The notes under the pieces: model-generated
The model's database searches: none
What the model was told of the DNA's origin: nothing
Seen by the model: the letters and a program-made list of their open reading frames with translations, nothing else
Translations under genes and position numbers: made by a program
Part shown: in pieces, positions 41,649 to 51,540 of the stretch
Numbering within the stretch: the first letter of the stretch is position 1
How the letters are laid out: each line of letters starts with the position of its first letter
Source of the DNA: an uncultured Pseudomonadota bacterium
Lineage (GTDB): Bacteria > Oederibacteriota > Muellerivitia > Muellerivitales > Muellerivitaceae
Reading direction: 5' to 3'
Length of the DNA stretch: 64,000 bases
Assembly: GCA_963770835.1 (NCBI GenBank)
Contig: CAVYRH010000019.1
Location: forward strand, 160,001 to 224,000

Positions 41649-44204
41649 TTACTTTCCGCCGGCGGAGGCCGTAGGTGCCGTTGCGGCCTGGGGAGGCAGG
41701 TTCAGCCCATCCAGCGGGGTTTCGGCCGCTAGGCCGGGCCCTGTCACCATCACCGGGGGCACTTGGTGCTCGGCGGTGAAAGCGGTCAGGTATTCCACGT
41801 GGTGGAGGCCGGGGCTCAATGTCACGTGGGCCGTGGGGTGGGTATCGCCGGACCCCGCCGCCACCTCCAGCACCTTGTGGCCGTCCAGGTAAAAACGGCA
41901 CACGTTGCCGGTACGGAGGCTCAAGGTGTAGTCGCCCCCGTCCCTGACGTTCCAGTCCCCTTCCACCCGCATGGAATTGTTCCAATCAATGTATTCGCGC
42001 GGGGGCAGGTTGTCGTTCCAACGCGCAACCCGGTCCTCATAAATCACCAGGCCCCGCGCCAAACCGTAGTGGCCGTAGCAGCGGCGGCGCCAGGAAGGGC
42101 CTTCCATGCGCCGGGTGTGGAACCAGGCCTTTTCATCCGTGGGGATCCGGTCGTAGGGGATCTCGGTCCACCAAAGATAGGGCACCTCGCTGGGGCCCTG
42201 CCAATAGATGAGGCGCTTGTTCCACTGGATCCCGGGGAATTCCTGCTCGATTCTTTGAATGTTGGCTGTATCCCCGCCACAGACCAGGATGGCCAGGTCC
42301 TTAGGCTTTTCGTCCGGCGCCAGGTCGATGCTATTGCCCTCCGGAGCCGCCTGGTGCAGGTCGGACTGGTCCGCCAAAATGTCCAGCCCGCAGGTGTAAA
42401 AACCCGAATAGTACGCGGCATAAACATCGTGATCCGGCATTTCCTTCTGGGCTTGGTCCCAAGTGATGGAACTGGGCCCTTTTTGGCTCATCCATTGCCA
42501 TAGCAGCCAATGGTTGCGGTTCGTTTCCCAGGCCAGGCCCGCCAGCAGCAGCAAGCCGCAAGCGATATTGACGGCCTTGGTGGGCTTCACCTGCAGGGCC
42601 GCCAGCCAGAGGCGGTTCACCCCCCAGGCGCAAACCAAAAGCAGGGGCACGTCGCAAAGCACGTAACGGAATGAGTGGGGGCCGTTGGAAAGGACGCCGG
42701 GGATCGAGCTCACCAGGAAAAGGGAGGCCAGGAAGGTGGAAAGCCAGCGGGGCCGGGCAATGAGGTAGGAAAGACCCAGGAGGACGCAGGCCGCCACCAT
42801 GTATTCGTAAAGCGAATCGCCGATGGCGGGCATCCGCGATACATGCACCACCTGCCCGAAAAGGAGCTGGTAGGTGAAAACGGTGTTTTCCCAGACCTTC
42901 GCCCAACCCTGCCCCTTTGCGGTGTAGATGGGGCTGAAAGCGGAGATGTCGGAGACGTGGGAAGAATAGTGGTCCTGCATGTACATCGGGACCATGACCA
43001 GGGCGGTGACGAAGGCCCCCGTGGCCCAACCAAAGAGCTTGCTGAATCCTTTTTTCTTCTCAGCCCTGAAAAGTTGGACGTAGCTCCAGCCGAAAACCAG
43101 GCCGACGAGGATGGAGCCCGGCCAGACGAGGAATTTGATGACCCCGCTGTTCTCAGGCAGGAAGGAATTCTTATAAAGGAAGAGGAAGGCCCAGGCGGCC
43201 AACAACCCGGGCCCCAGCAGGACCCGGTGGACGTTTATTCGCCTTTCCTTAGGGTCGTTAAAGACCCACAACCAGGCCGCTCCCAGGAAGACGGGCACCC
43301 AAGGCCTGAACGGAACGTAGGTATAGCCGCCGAAGCCGAGCGCCAGGCCCCATTCCACGAAATGTTTCCAGTCGGGCTTTTTCAGGAGCCGCAGGAAGAA
43401 CAGGATGGCCAGGGCGCCGCCCAAAACACAGGTGTCGTTGCCGTATTCAAATTTGCTCACCATAACCATGGTCTTGCAGATGGAGCCCATGGCCAAAAGA
43501 ATGATGCCCATGCGGCGTCCGCCGATCTCTTTGCCCACCAGGTAAAAAATCCAGAGCGCGGCCAGGTCAATGAGCGTGTTACTGATGAGCATGATGATCA
43601 AGCCTGTTGTGTGCGGCAGAAGGGTCCAGAGGAGAACCGTGAAATAAGGGAAAAGGGGCTCGCGGTAGCCCGAGGGGAAGAGGAAGAAATACTGGTGGAA
43701 GTCCAGGACGTTGCGGATGTCGCTGGTATGGATGTAATGGTCGTCCCAGAAAAAGCCCACCGGTTCATGGGGATTCTCAAATCGCAGATAGGCCCCCAGC
43801 CCCATGAAGAACCAGAAAAAGAGTCGGGCTGTCCAGGGGGAGATGTCCTGCCGGTCCTCAGGCACCACGGGCACCAGGCGCCACAGGAAAATCAGGGCCC
43901 CAAAACCCAGCCAAACGATCGCGGGAGAAAGATGCAGGAAAAGGTTGTCGTTCGTCAGGGGTGGAATGTCGTTGTGGATGAGCGGGGTGCCGGGTTGGAG
44001 AAGATAATTGTAGTTATGAAGGGCCAAGAGGCCCGCCAAGATGACCAGCCAAGCAGCCATTAGGTAGCCTAATTGCTCCAGGCCGAGGGAGGCCGGACCA
44101 GCGGCGCTCAAACGGGAAGGCGTCTTTTTTTGGCCGCGTAGGGGGGAGGTGAACTTGGACGTCCGGGTTTTGGGCTTGGATCGGTTCTTTCGGGATGGCA
44201 TCAT
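41649..44204 (-). CDS. GT-C membrane glycosyltransferase with PA14-like domain
   Basis: LRFENPHEPVGFFWDDH, REPLFPY and YLVGKEIGG motifs; RVEGDWNVRDGGDY..FYLDG..LSPGLH. Confidence 0.82.
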   Translation of the reverse strand: MMPSRKNRSKPKTRTSKFTSPLRGQKKTPSRLSAAGPASLGLEQLGYLMAAWLVILAGLLALHNYNYLLQPGTPLIHNDIPPLTNDNLFLHLSPAIVWLGFGALIFLWRLVPVVPEDRQDISPWTARLFFWFFMGLGAYLRFENPHEPVGFFWDDHYIHTSDIRNVLDFHQYFFLFPSGYREPLFPYFTVLLWTLLPHTTGLIIMLISNTLIDLAALWIFYLVGKEIGGRRMGIILLAMGSICKTMVMVSKFEYGNDTCVLGGALAILFFLRLLKKPDWKHFVEWGLALGFGGYTYVPFRPWVPVFLGAAWLWVFNDPKERRINVHRVLLGPGLLAAWAFLFLYKNSFLPENSGVIKFLVWPGSILVGLVFGWSYVQLFRAEKKKGFSKLFGWATGAFVTALVMVPMYMQDHYSSHVSDISAFSPIYTAKGQGWAKVWENTVFTYQLLFGQVVHVSRMPAIGDSLYEYMVAACVLLGLSYLIARPRWLSTFLASLFLVSSIPGVLSNGPHSFRYVLCDVPLLLVCAWGVNRLWLAALQVKPTKAVNIACGLLLLAGLAWETNRNHWLLWQWMSQKGPSSITWDQAQKEMPDHDVYAAYYSGFYTCGLDILADQSDLHQAAPEGNSIDLAPDEKPKDLAILVCGGDTANIQRIEQEFPGIQWNKRLIYWQGPSEVPYLWWTEIPYDRIPTDEKAWFHTRRMEGPSWRRRCYGHYGLARGLVIYEDRVARWNDNLPPREYIDWNNSMRVEGDWNVRDGGDYTLSLRTGNVCRFYLDGHKVLEVAAGSGDTHPTAHVTLSPGLHHVEYLTAFTAEHQVPPVMVTGPGLAAETPLDGLNLPPQAATAPTASAGGK

Positions 44205-44227
44205 TTCTCCTTTTGGATTTGGACGGC

Positions 44228-46843
44228 CTAGCCGCCTAAAGTTTCCTTATAACCCGCTTGAGAATTTTCGATCATGACCCGCTCAAACGATGCATCAGCC
44301 CTTAAATAAGTCATGTAACGCAGGTGATGGACGCCTTTCTTAAAATAAAGGGTATGGACCACCTTTTGGGGTTGGAACCATCCCGACGTAATGGAGGAAA
44401 GGGCCTTTTCCCCGTCCACCCAGATTTGGATGGGATTGGGGCTGTTGACGGAAAAGGTGTAATCCCCGTCGGCGGGGGCTTCCCAATCCCCCTCGGCCGA
44501 GACCGACAAGGCGCCGCCTCCGGCTGGAGCGGGATTCAGGACGGGGCTCAAATCCTCGTATTTGATCGTGCCGCGGCACAATCCGAAATAAGTCGTGTAA
44601 ATGCGCCGGCGCCACTTGCAGTCCGGAACCACCCGGTACATAAACATCTTGCCTTCCTTTTCAGGAATGTCCGACGCGGGGATCACCACACTATAGAGAA
44701 AAGGAATGTCGCTCTGGGTCTGATAATATTGCCATTGGGGGATCCACTGGGCATGGGGAAACTCTTTTTTCAGGAGGGGTGTCCATTCTTTATCCTGCCC
44801 TGCAATGACCACCGCCAGGTCCTTGCGTGGTTCGCCCGGCGCCACGTCGATCACGTTCGTGTTGTCGAGAAGATAAAGGGGCTCCCCGTCGTGAATGACG
44901 CCCTCGACGGCGGGGGAGGCGAAGCCCATTCCGTTGTAAAGCCCCAAATAAACGCGCTTGGTTGGCATCTGCCGGGAAATCTCGTAGGAGACGCAGACGT
45001 CGGACGCCGTAATGCTCCACCATTTGTCGTAAATCCGGGTGAAGGAACTGCGCCCTTCCCAAACCCAGAAAAACGCCAGGAAAGCAACCAGCAAAAGGCC
45101 GAACCAGCGGTTTTTTCTCCAAGACCCCGTAAACGAGGCCGAAATCCAGGACTCCAATCCCCAGGAAGAAAGTAAAAGAAGGGGCGGCAGGGCACCCAGG
45201 AGCTTGGCGCTGGTGGGATCGTTGGTCAGGACCCGGCCGACCATTCCTGTGAAGGCACAAAGGATTAAAAAGAGGCGCGTCCAAGAAAAACGCGTGACCG
45301 CAAACACAAGCCCCCCAAAGGCCAAAACCGCGGCCTGGAAACCAAAGAAGGGGTCCCCGACGACGTTCATGTCCGCCCGGTCCTCCCCGGTGTCGAAAAG
45401 GGCCTTGACGGCCACGGCAAACCTGTCCCAAACGGAATGGAGGAAACCGCCCCCAAGCCAATTCAGAGGGTTATTCGGCAGGATGGAGATATCGCGGATT
45501 TTTATGCCAATCTCCTCGTTCATAGCCAGGGGATAAACCATGAAACCGGCCAGGACCACGCCCAAGCACCAGCCTGCCAACACCCTGGCTTTTCCCCGGG
45601 TAGCGGCGTAGAGATATCCCAAAATCCCGAAAAGCACGGCTTGAATAAGGAGCCAAACCCAGACGTTGGTGCTCCAAATTTTCGACAGGGAATTTCCTGA
45701 AAAAACCACAAAGAGACGGTCCAACAGGAAAAAGAAAAGTCCGAAAAGGCCCAGAACCACAACAAGTAATAAAAACCAATGAAGCCCCGCGAGAGCAGGG
45801 GAGGGATTCGTGAGTTCCCCCATGCCGAGGAACCGTAAGATGCCTTTCGGGGCCGGTCTGGCCGGCTTCCGGATCTTTTTCCTCCCTCCGGGTTCAGGTT
45901 CCCCCGAAACTGGGGATAAACGCGGTGCCACAAAAGCCTGCCAGGCAATCCAGGCCAGCGTGGAAGCAGCCAGGAAAAGCATCCAGGGGCGATAGGCGAT
46001 ATAAGTGTAAAAACCGAAGCCCAGGATGAAGCCCCATTGAAGGAAGTGCGGCAAATCGGGTTTCCGGAACAAGCGGAATTGGAACCAGAGGATTAAAGAA
46101 ACGATAAAAGGAAGGGTTAACCCGGGCATCCCCCCCAGGTTTTGGAGAATCATGGGTTTGCTGACCGCCCCAAGGGCGGCAAGGATCAGCCCGGTGAGCC
46201 TTTTGCCGGTTACCTCCCGTCCCAGCCGGTAAAAAAGCCACACAGCCGCCACGTCGAAAAGCGCGGAAGTCAGCCTTTCCACCACCAATGCTTTCATTTG
46301 GGGGAAAAGCCACCAAACCCCCGCCGCAATATAGGGATAAAGGGGCTCCCGGTGTCCGATGGCGAAGTCAATCCGGAATACGTGAAGCTCCACAATATTG
46401 CAGGGGTCGATGATGCAGATGGCGGGATCATCCCAATAGCGGCCGATAGGGTCGCTGGCACGGTAAAGCCGGAAAAAGGCCGTCACCCCCAAAAGGGCTA
46501 AGAGAAGGGGATAAACCGCCCATCGGGGTAACTCCGTGGGAAGAGGATGCCCGGGAAGGCCCCGAAACCCCAGGAACAAAAGAACCGCCGAAACGAGCAA
46601 CAGGAAATTCAGGTGATTTACCGGAAGGTGGATCGGAACGCCCAGCCACTGAAAGGGCGCATATTGCAGGAAAACGGCCCCTACCAACAGGAAACCCAAC
46701 ATCAGCAATAAATGCGTTTCTAAAGGCGGTGGCACGCTAGGAAGTACGGAAAACGCCATTGGAGGCCGGACTTTTATTCCCGGCCCCTTTACTGACGCCA
46801 GCCGCCGTCGGGCTTTTAGAGAGGTTCGTTTAGGCTTGGCCAA
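44228..46843 (-). CDS. GT-C membrane glycosyltransferase with PA14-like domain
   Basis: FRLYRASDPIGRYWDDP, REPLYPY and GFYTYIAYR motifs; EGDWEAPADGDYTF..IWVDG..FKKGVH. Confidence 0.82.
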   Translation of the reverse strand: MAKPKRTSLKARRRLASVKGPGIKVRPPMAFSVLPSVPPPLETHLLLMLGFLLVGAVFLQYAPFQWLGVPIHLPVNHLNFLLLVSAVLLFLGFRGLPGHPLPTELPRWAVYPLLLALLGVTAFFRLYRASDPIGRYWDDPAICIIDPCNIVELHVFRIDFAIGHREPLYPYIAAGVWWLFPQMKALVVERLTSALFDVAAVWLFYRLGREVTGKRLTGLILAALGAVSKPMILQNLGGMPGLTLPFIVSLILWFQFRLFRKPDLPHFLQWGFILGFGFYTYIAYRPWMLFLAASTLAWIAWQAFVAPRLSPVSGEPEPGGRKKIRKPARPAPKGILRFLGMGELTNPSPALAGLHWFLLLVVVLGLFGLFFFLLDRLFVVFSGNSLSKIWSTNVWVWLLIQAVLFGILGYLYAATRGKARVLAGWCLGVVLAGFMVYPLAMNEEIGIKIRDISILPNNPLNWLGGGFLHSVWDRFAVAVKALFDTGEDRADMNVVGDPFFGFQAAVLAFGGLVFAVTRFSWTRLFLILCAFTGMVGRVLTNDPTSAKLLGALPPLLLLSSWGLESWISASFTGSWRKNRWFGLLLVAFLAFFWVWEGRSSFTRIYDKWWSITASDVCVSYEISRQMPTKRVYLGLYNGMGFASPAVEGVIHDGEPLYLLDNTNVIDVAPGEPRKDLAVVIAGQDKEWTPLLKKEFPHAQWIPQWQYYQTQSDIPFLYSVVIPASDIPEKEGKMFMYRVVPDCKWRRRIYTTYFGLCRGTIKYEDLSPVLNPAPAGGGALSVSAEGDWEAPADGDYTFSVNSPNPIQIWVDGEKALSSITSGWFQPQKVVHTLYFKKGVHHLRYMTYLRADASFERVMIENSQAGYKETLGG

Positions 46844-46870
46844 GTTGGCGGACCACCTTTGGGGCTTTTT

Positions 46871-47881
46871 TCAGGGAGTGGCGGCAGGCAATTGATATAA
46901 AGCGATCTGATCGCCACCCGAGATCATCAAGACATCACCCGGGCCCACGGCCAAACCATAATCGCCTGGAATAGTTGATCCCTTTTCGTCCACAAGGTCG
47001 CCCAAATACCCTTCTTTCATGCTGTAGGCTTTGATGCAGCCGTTCCCATCGTTATTGGCGGTGGAGACAAAAAAACGGCCTTCCTTGTCAACGGCCACGG
47101 ACTGCACACCGAACTTGTACTTGAAGACCTTCACAACCTTTCCATCTTGGTTCAACCATTGAAGGCGGTCATTCTCGGAGTCGGCTACGAAATAATTTCC
47201 CTTTTCGTCGGTCGCGATGTCCAAAGGCGCTTTGAATTTACCCGGCTCCTTTCCCCCCCCTCCCCAAAAAGTCTCCACTTTCCCATCCACGGAAACAATC
47301 CCTATCCGTTGGCTGCCCGTATCCGCGATGGCGAAATCATGCCCGTCAAAAGCAATGCCCCGCGGCCCATAAAAGCTTCCGCTGGTGGGAAGGGTGGTAT
47401 TCAAAATTTCCTTTCCATATTGGTCGAACCCTTTGATCGAGCCGTTCCAGGAATCAATTACGTAAGCGTTGCCTTTGTCGTCCGAGGTCATCCCGGAGGG
47501 TTCGTGGAATTCCATGGCTCCACTCCCCGCCTTCCCCCAGCTCTTGATACATTTTCCTTCCCGGTTGAACAGGAGAATTCGGTTGTTCCCATGGTCTGCG
47601 ACCATGATTTTATCCTTCCCGACCGGTGCCACCCCCCAGGCGCTAAATGAACCGCACTTTTGAATGCTTCCCTTGATCATAAGGAGGGATTGGACTTTGT
47701 AGCTCTTGGGGGTTTCACTTTTGGTAAGGTTCAACCCTTCTACCACACAAACGGCTATCACTACCGCGATCAGCCCCCTCACAATCCATTTGTTCTGGCC
47801 CGAAGGAGCCGGCTGGGAGGGTGGCATCCCGCTGTTGGGGGATTTAAGTACTTTCCTGCTTTTTGTTTTACGCGGCGACAT
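46871..47881 (-). CDS. Membrane-anchored NHL-repeat protein (paralogue of 20421-21428)
   Basis: Basic leader plus TM; ADHGNNRI, FHEPSGM, FYGPRGIA and ADSENDRLQ repeats. ATG at 47881 after GGAGG. Confidence 0.88.
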   Translation of the reverse strand: MSPRKTKSRKVLKSPNSGMPPSQPAPSGQNKWIVRGLIAVVIAVCVVEGLNLTKSETPKSYKVQSLLMIKGSIQKCGSFSAWGVAPVGKDKIMVADHGNNRILLFNREGKCIKSWGKAGSGAMEFHEPSGMTSDDKGNAYVIDSWNGSIKGFDQYGKEILNTTLPTSGSFYGPRGIAFDGHDFAIADTGSQRIGIVSVDGKVETFWGGGGKEPGKFKAPLDIATDEKGNYFVADSENDRLQWLNQDGKVVKVFKYKFGVQSVAVDKEGRFFVSTANNDGNGCIKAYSMKEGYLGDLVDEKGSTIPGDYGLAVGPGDVLMISGGDQIALYQLPAATP

Positions 47882-48258
47882 GATTCCTCCCAAAAATGCT
47901 GGATTTAACGGATGAGCCCTTTCCCCGTCCATGGAACAACCTGGAACTGGGGAAACCGCCGGACAATACGGCTTCCGGGCTTAAACTTTCGCGCTCACGG
48001 TTTTCTTTTTAGCGATTTTAATACCGCCAAAGCTAGATAATCTTCATAATTCAGACCCTGCCACAAAGTTCAAAACATCCGCATTAGGTCGTGCGGAAAG
48101 TTCAAAGAGCCATTAACATTTTCAAAACCGACTTTTGAGGCAGTAGCATATCGCAAAATCCGCCCCTTGGCTTAAAGTTTTTATGACGAAGGGAGTCCCG
48201 CCAAATAAAAACAAGGGAACAGCGCCTTGTCATCCACAGCCCTATAACAAATCCAGGA

Positions 48259-50511
48259 TTAACCGATTTTAACCAAGTTTAAGGGATGTTTTGGCGCTCC
48301 CAAGAGCGGGGAAACCCATTGATCCAATCGATTGCGGAACATCCACCCGGCGGCAAGTGCCAGCCAGGCAAACAACGAATAAAAAAAACTATAGATGAGA
48401 ATGGGAGGGTAATAGGACATTTTTACTCGATGGTGTCCAACGCTTAAAAGAGGGACCGCCCGGAAAGTCCCATCCGCCAGGTAAATGGGCGTCTCCACCC
48501 CATCCACCCAGGCTTTCCAACCCGGATAAAAAGCGTCGGAAAGGAAAAGAAAACAGGGTTTGTCGTTCGAACATTCGATCTCGACATCATTGTAATCATA
48601 ACGGGTGATTTGAGCTTCCCCCACCCAGCCTTTCGGTCCCTCCGGCTTTTCCACCGGTTCTTGGTTTAAAACCACTTCCTGGCGGGGGTCCACCTTGCCA
48701 TCGCGGATGTTGTCGATAACCCGGCTGTAATCCGGATCAACTTCGTAGCCGCCCACCAGGAAAGACCGGGGAAAACCCTGGGAGTTCTCCCAGATGGATG
48801 CCCCCGGACTGGCCATCGTCCGCCAACGATCGGTTTTTGGGGCGCCGGCCGGCCGGTGATTGTATTTGAGGTCGATCAAGTCCGAGAGGGTAGAGTCCGG
48901 GTGATTGTATTGCTCGTCCATGTATTTTTGCGCCGTCCCGACGAAGAAGCTGCCGCAACCGGTCACAACAGAGCTGATGTTTTGGAGAAGCTGGTACTCA
49001 CAGTAAGTACTGGCGGGCTGGATTCTTGGGTGGGTGGGATCCTCTTTAACCTTCTTGAGCAAGTCCGGTGGAAGTAAATCAGTAAAGAAGGCGTTGGATC
49101 CGCTACCCATATCATGTTTCACGTCGAACCGGTAAAGGTCAATGGCCGTGCCCATTAGGATCAAGGCCGGGACACCAACCACCAGTAAAGTCCTTAAAGG
49201 GGTGGGATTCCGGATTTTATTCCGCCAATACGCGGCCCAAGCGTCCAAGGAAAGGCCGGCCAAACAGGCCAAGGCGAAGGTCGTCAGGACCATCATGCGG
49301 CTTGGAACCCGGTTATGTGAAAGCCCTGGAACGGCTTTGGACATGAACAGGTAAATATAATGGGTAACCGTCGTGTTATCCGCCATGGCATAGGCCATGC
49401 TCAAAGCCGCAACGATTCCAAGCCACCCGACCAGGGGCTTCCTCCAAAGCGTGGCCAATCCCAAAAGGGCCAGGAAAATGGGAGCCAGCCCTATGTAAAA
49501 GATGACCTCCGCGTAGCCGCCCGTTCCTCCGTGGTAATTGTCCGGCGTCCCCATGAAAAAAGGGTCGATCAAGAAGCGGAAATTGGCGGGCACGAACGAA
49601 TCCCGCAACAGGTCGGTCGAGTTCCAAGACCAGCGGTTGCTCAAAAGGGCGAACTGGGCCGTCGGGGCGATCTGGCACAAACCCAGGGAAAAACCCACAA
49701 CGACGAATGTCGCTTCAGCGGCCAGGAATTCCTTCCAATGGATCCGCCCCCCCAGCCAAGCCCAAACCAGGTAAAAACCCGTGATCATTAAGGCGTAAAC
49801 GTCGATTTGGGGCGTTCCGTCAAGAATGCAAAGGCCGAAGGCCGCGGACGAAATCAACAAGGCGGAAACCTTCCGTAAGTCCGTAAACCGCTGGAGTCCA
49901 TACAGCATCAGGGGCAGCCATGCGGCTCCCGTGATGACATTGAGGCCCCCCATGCAAAACTTTCCCATGAAATAACCGGAAAAAGCGAAGGCCAATCCAC
50001 TCAAACAGGCCCCGGCCCAACCAGCCCCCAGGCTGCGGATGAAAAGATAGGTTCCGAAAGCCGCGATCAGGAAATGAAAAAAATAAGACAAGGTAAAGGC
50101 GAAGCTTGTGGGAAAAACGAAAAACAAGAAATTAAAAGGCGCGTAGGGACCGGGGCTGCAACTGGCCACGAAAGGAATGCCCAGGCTGCTATAGGGGTTC
50201 CATAGCGCCGGATAACCCCTTTTCAGGCTTTCGATCCAGACATACTTGTAAGGCCAAGCGCAGATCATGTCCCCGCTGCCGGGAATCCAATCCCGGTGGC
50301 TTAAGAAAGGCCAAAGGAAAAAAGCGGTAAACAAGGCAAAAAAAGCACAGGCAAGCAAGGATTCTTTCCGAAAAATGTGCCCGTGATTTTCCCCGCCCGA
50401 AGCCGCCATTTTCTCACCGGCGAACCCGGAAGATTGGCGCGCTTGTGAAACGGACTTTAAAGGGAGCTTGGACTTGTTTCTTCCTTTTTTAATCTTGGAA
50501 CTCTTTTTCAA
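48259..50511 (-). CDS. YfhO-family GT-C membrane protein
   Basis: GYPALWNPYSSLGIPF, AAWLPL and NRVPSR motifs; C-terminal FLSDAFYPGWKAWVDG..FRAVPL..GHHRVKMSY. Confidence 0.9.
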   Translation of the reverse strand: MKKSSKIKKGRNKSKLPLKSVSQARQSSGFAGEKMAASGGENHGHIFRKESLLACAFFALFTAFFLWPFLSHRDWIPGSGDMICAWPYKYVWIESLKRGYPALWNPYSSLGIPFVASCSPGPYAPFNFLFFVFPTSFAFTLSYFFHFLIAAFGTYLFIRSLGAGWAGACLSGLAFAFSGYFMGKFCMGGLNVITGAAWLPLMLYGLQRFTDLRKVSALLISSAAFGLCILDGTPQIDVYALMITGFYLVWAWLGGRIHWKEFLAAEATFVVVGFSLGLCQIAPTAQFALLSNRWSWNSTDLLRDSFVPANFRFLIDPFFMGTPDNYHGGTGGYAEVIFYIGLAPIFLALLGLATLWRKPLVGWLGIVAALSMAYAMADNTTVTHYIYLFMSKAVPGLSHNRVPSRMMVLTTFALACLAGLSLDAWAAYWRNKIRNPTPLRTLLVVGVPALILMGTAIDLYRFDVKHDMGSGSNAFFTDLLPPDLLKKVKEDPTHPRIQPASTYCEYQLLQNISSVVTGCGSFFVGTAQKYMDEQYNHPDSTLSDLIDLKYNHRPAGAPKTDRWRTMASPGASIWENSQGFPRSFLVGGYEVDPDYSRVIDNIRDGKVDPRQEVVLNQEPVEKPEGPKGWVGEAQITRYDYNDVEIECSNDKPCFLFLSDAFYPGWKAWVDGVETPIYLADGTFRAVPLLSVGHHRVKMSYYPPILIYSFFYSLFAWLALAAGWMFRNRLDQWVSPLLGAPKHPLNLVKIG

Positions 50512-50766
50512 AAGCGGAACCTCTTTGGTTCAAGTGCAAGGCAAACCAGCCCCAACATTCCCCAAAAGAGCTGTATTCACTAGCCCAGGGATACCCGCTT
50601 ATTATTAGGGGTTCTGTAGGACTGTCCAGAAAAACCATATATAATGCCCATCAAAGATTCAAAAATTATGTTTTCGCCGTCCATATTTTAGGCCTTGGGA
50701 TGGAGGGCGGCTCCAGGTCAAAAGCTCAAAAAGTCGAACACATAATAAAAATTCGGAAATAAAACA

Positions 50767-51540
50767 ATGGATTCCCTCGCTCAACAAATCCAAAAAGCCA
50801 AAAAACGGCTCCTCCAAATGCACTTCGAAAGTGGCGTGGGGCATATCGGAGGAAACCTCTCTTGCCTTGATTCGCTTATGGTTTTATACCACAAAATTTT
50901 GGGAAAGGATGACTTGTTCGTCCTTTCCAAAGGCCATTCGGCGGGCGCCCTTTACGTCACCCTGTGGTCCATGGGCCGCCTAAGTGACGGGGATTTGAAA
51001 CTTTTTCACAAGGAACACACCAAATTGAGCGGGCATCCGGCGCCGGATTGGCTGAGGGAAATTACTTTCGCCACTGGCAGTTTGGGCCATGGGTTTCCCC
51101 TTGCGGCCGGGCTGGCGCTGGGGAAAAAGCTCAAGGGAGAACCCGGGCGGATTTTTTGCCTGACTTCGGACGGCGAATGGGAGGAAGGTTCCAATTGGGA
51201 GGCGTTGATCTTTGCCCTGCACCATCAGCTCGAATCCTTGACGGTTATGGTCGACTGGAACGGGCTTCAGGGTTTCGGGACCACGAAGGAAGTTGCGGGC
51301 CTGGAGGATTTAAAGAAGAAGTTTGAATCCTTCGGCATGTCCACCGAGGAAATCAACGGGCATGACTTGAAAGCCCTGGAAGAAGCCTGGAGGGGAAAAG
51401 CCAAGGGGCCTCGTGCCGTCATCGCTCATACCGAAAAAGGCCGTGGCGTTTCCTTCATGCGCAATAAAATGGAATGGCACTACCTACCCTTGACGGAGGC
51501 CCAATACCATCAAGCCTTGGAGGAGATCGGCCCGGTATGA
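50767..51540 (+). CDS. Transketolase-like enzyme, N-terminal (ThDP-binding) subunit
   Basis: GHIGGNLS, LSKGH, TGSLGHG, SDGEWEEGSNWE..N and HTEKGRGV motifs. Confidence 0.92.
   Translation: MDSLAQQIQKAKKRLLQMHFESGVGHIGGNLSCLDSLMVLYHKILGKDDLFVLSKGHSAGALYVTLWSMGRLSDGDLKLFHKEHTKLSGHPAPDWLREITFATGSLGHGFPLAAGLALGKKLKGEPGRIFCLTSDGEWEEGSNWEALIFALHHQLESLTVMVDWNGLQGFGTTKEVAGLEDLKKKFESFGMSTEEINGHDLKALEEAWRGKAKGPRAVIAHTEKGRGVSFMRNKMEWHYLPLTEAQYHQALEEIGPV

Noticed and set aside
42675..44063. 462-aa plus-strand ORF (and similar ORFs at 52415-53755, 36901-37860 and 10981-11865)
   Set aside because: Antisense shadows of well-supported genes, as expected from GC-rich codon usage.
47882..48258. Long gap upstream of the NHL/GT-C array as a c-di-GMP riboswitch or sRNA
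   Set aside because: No GEMM consensus or convincing conserved structure seen by eye; left unannotated.
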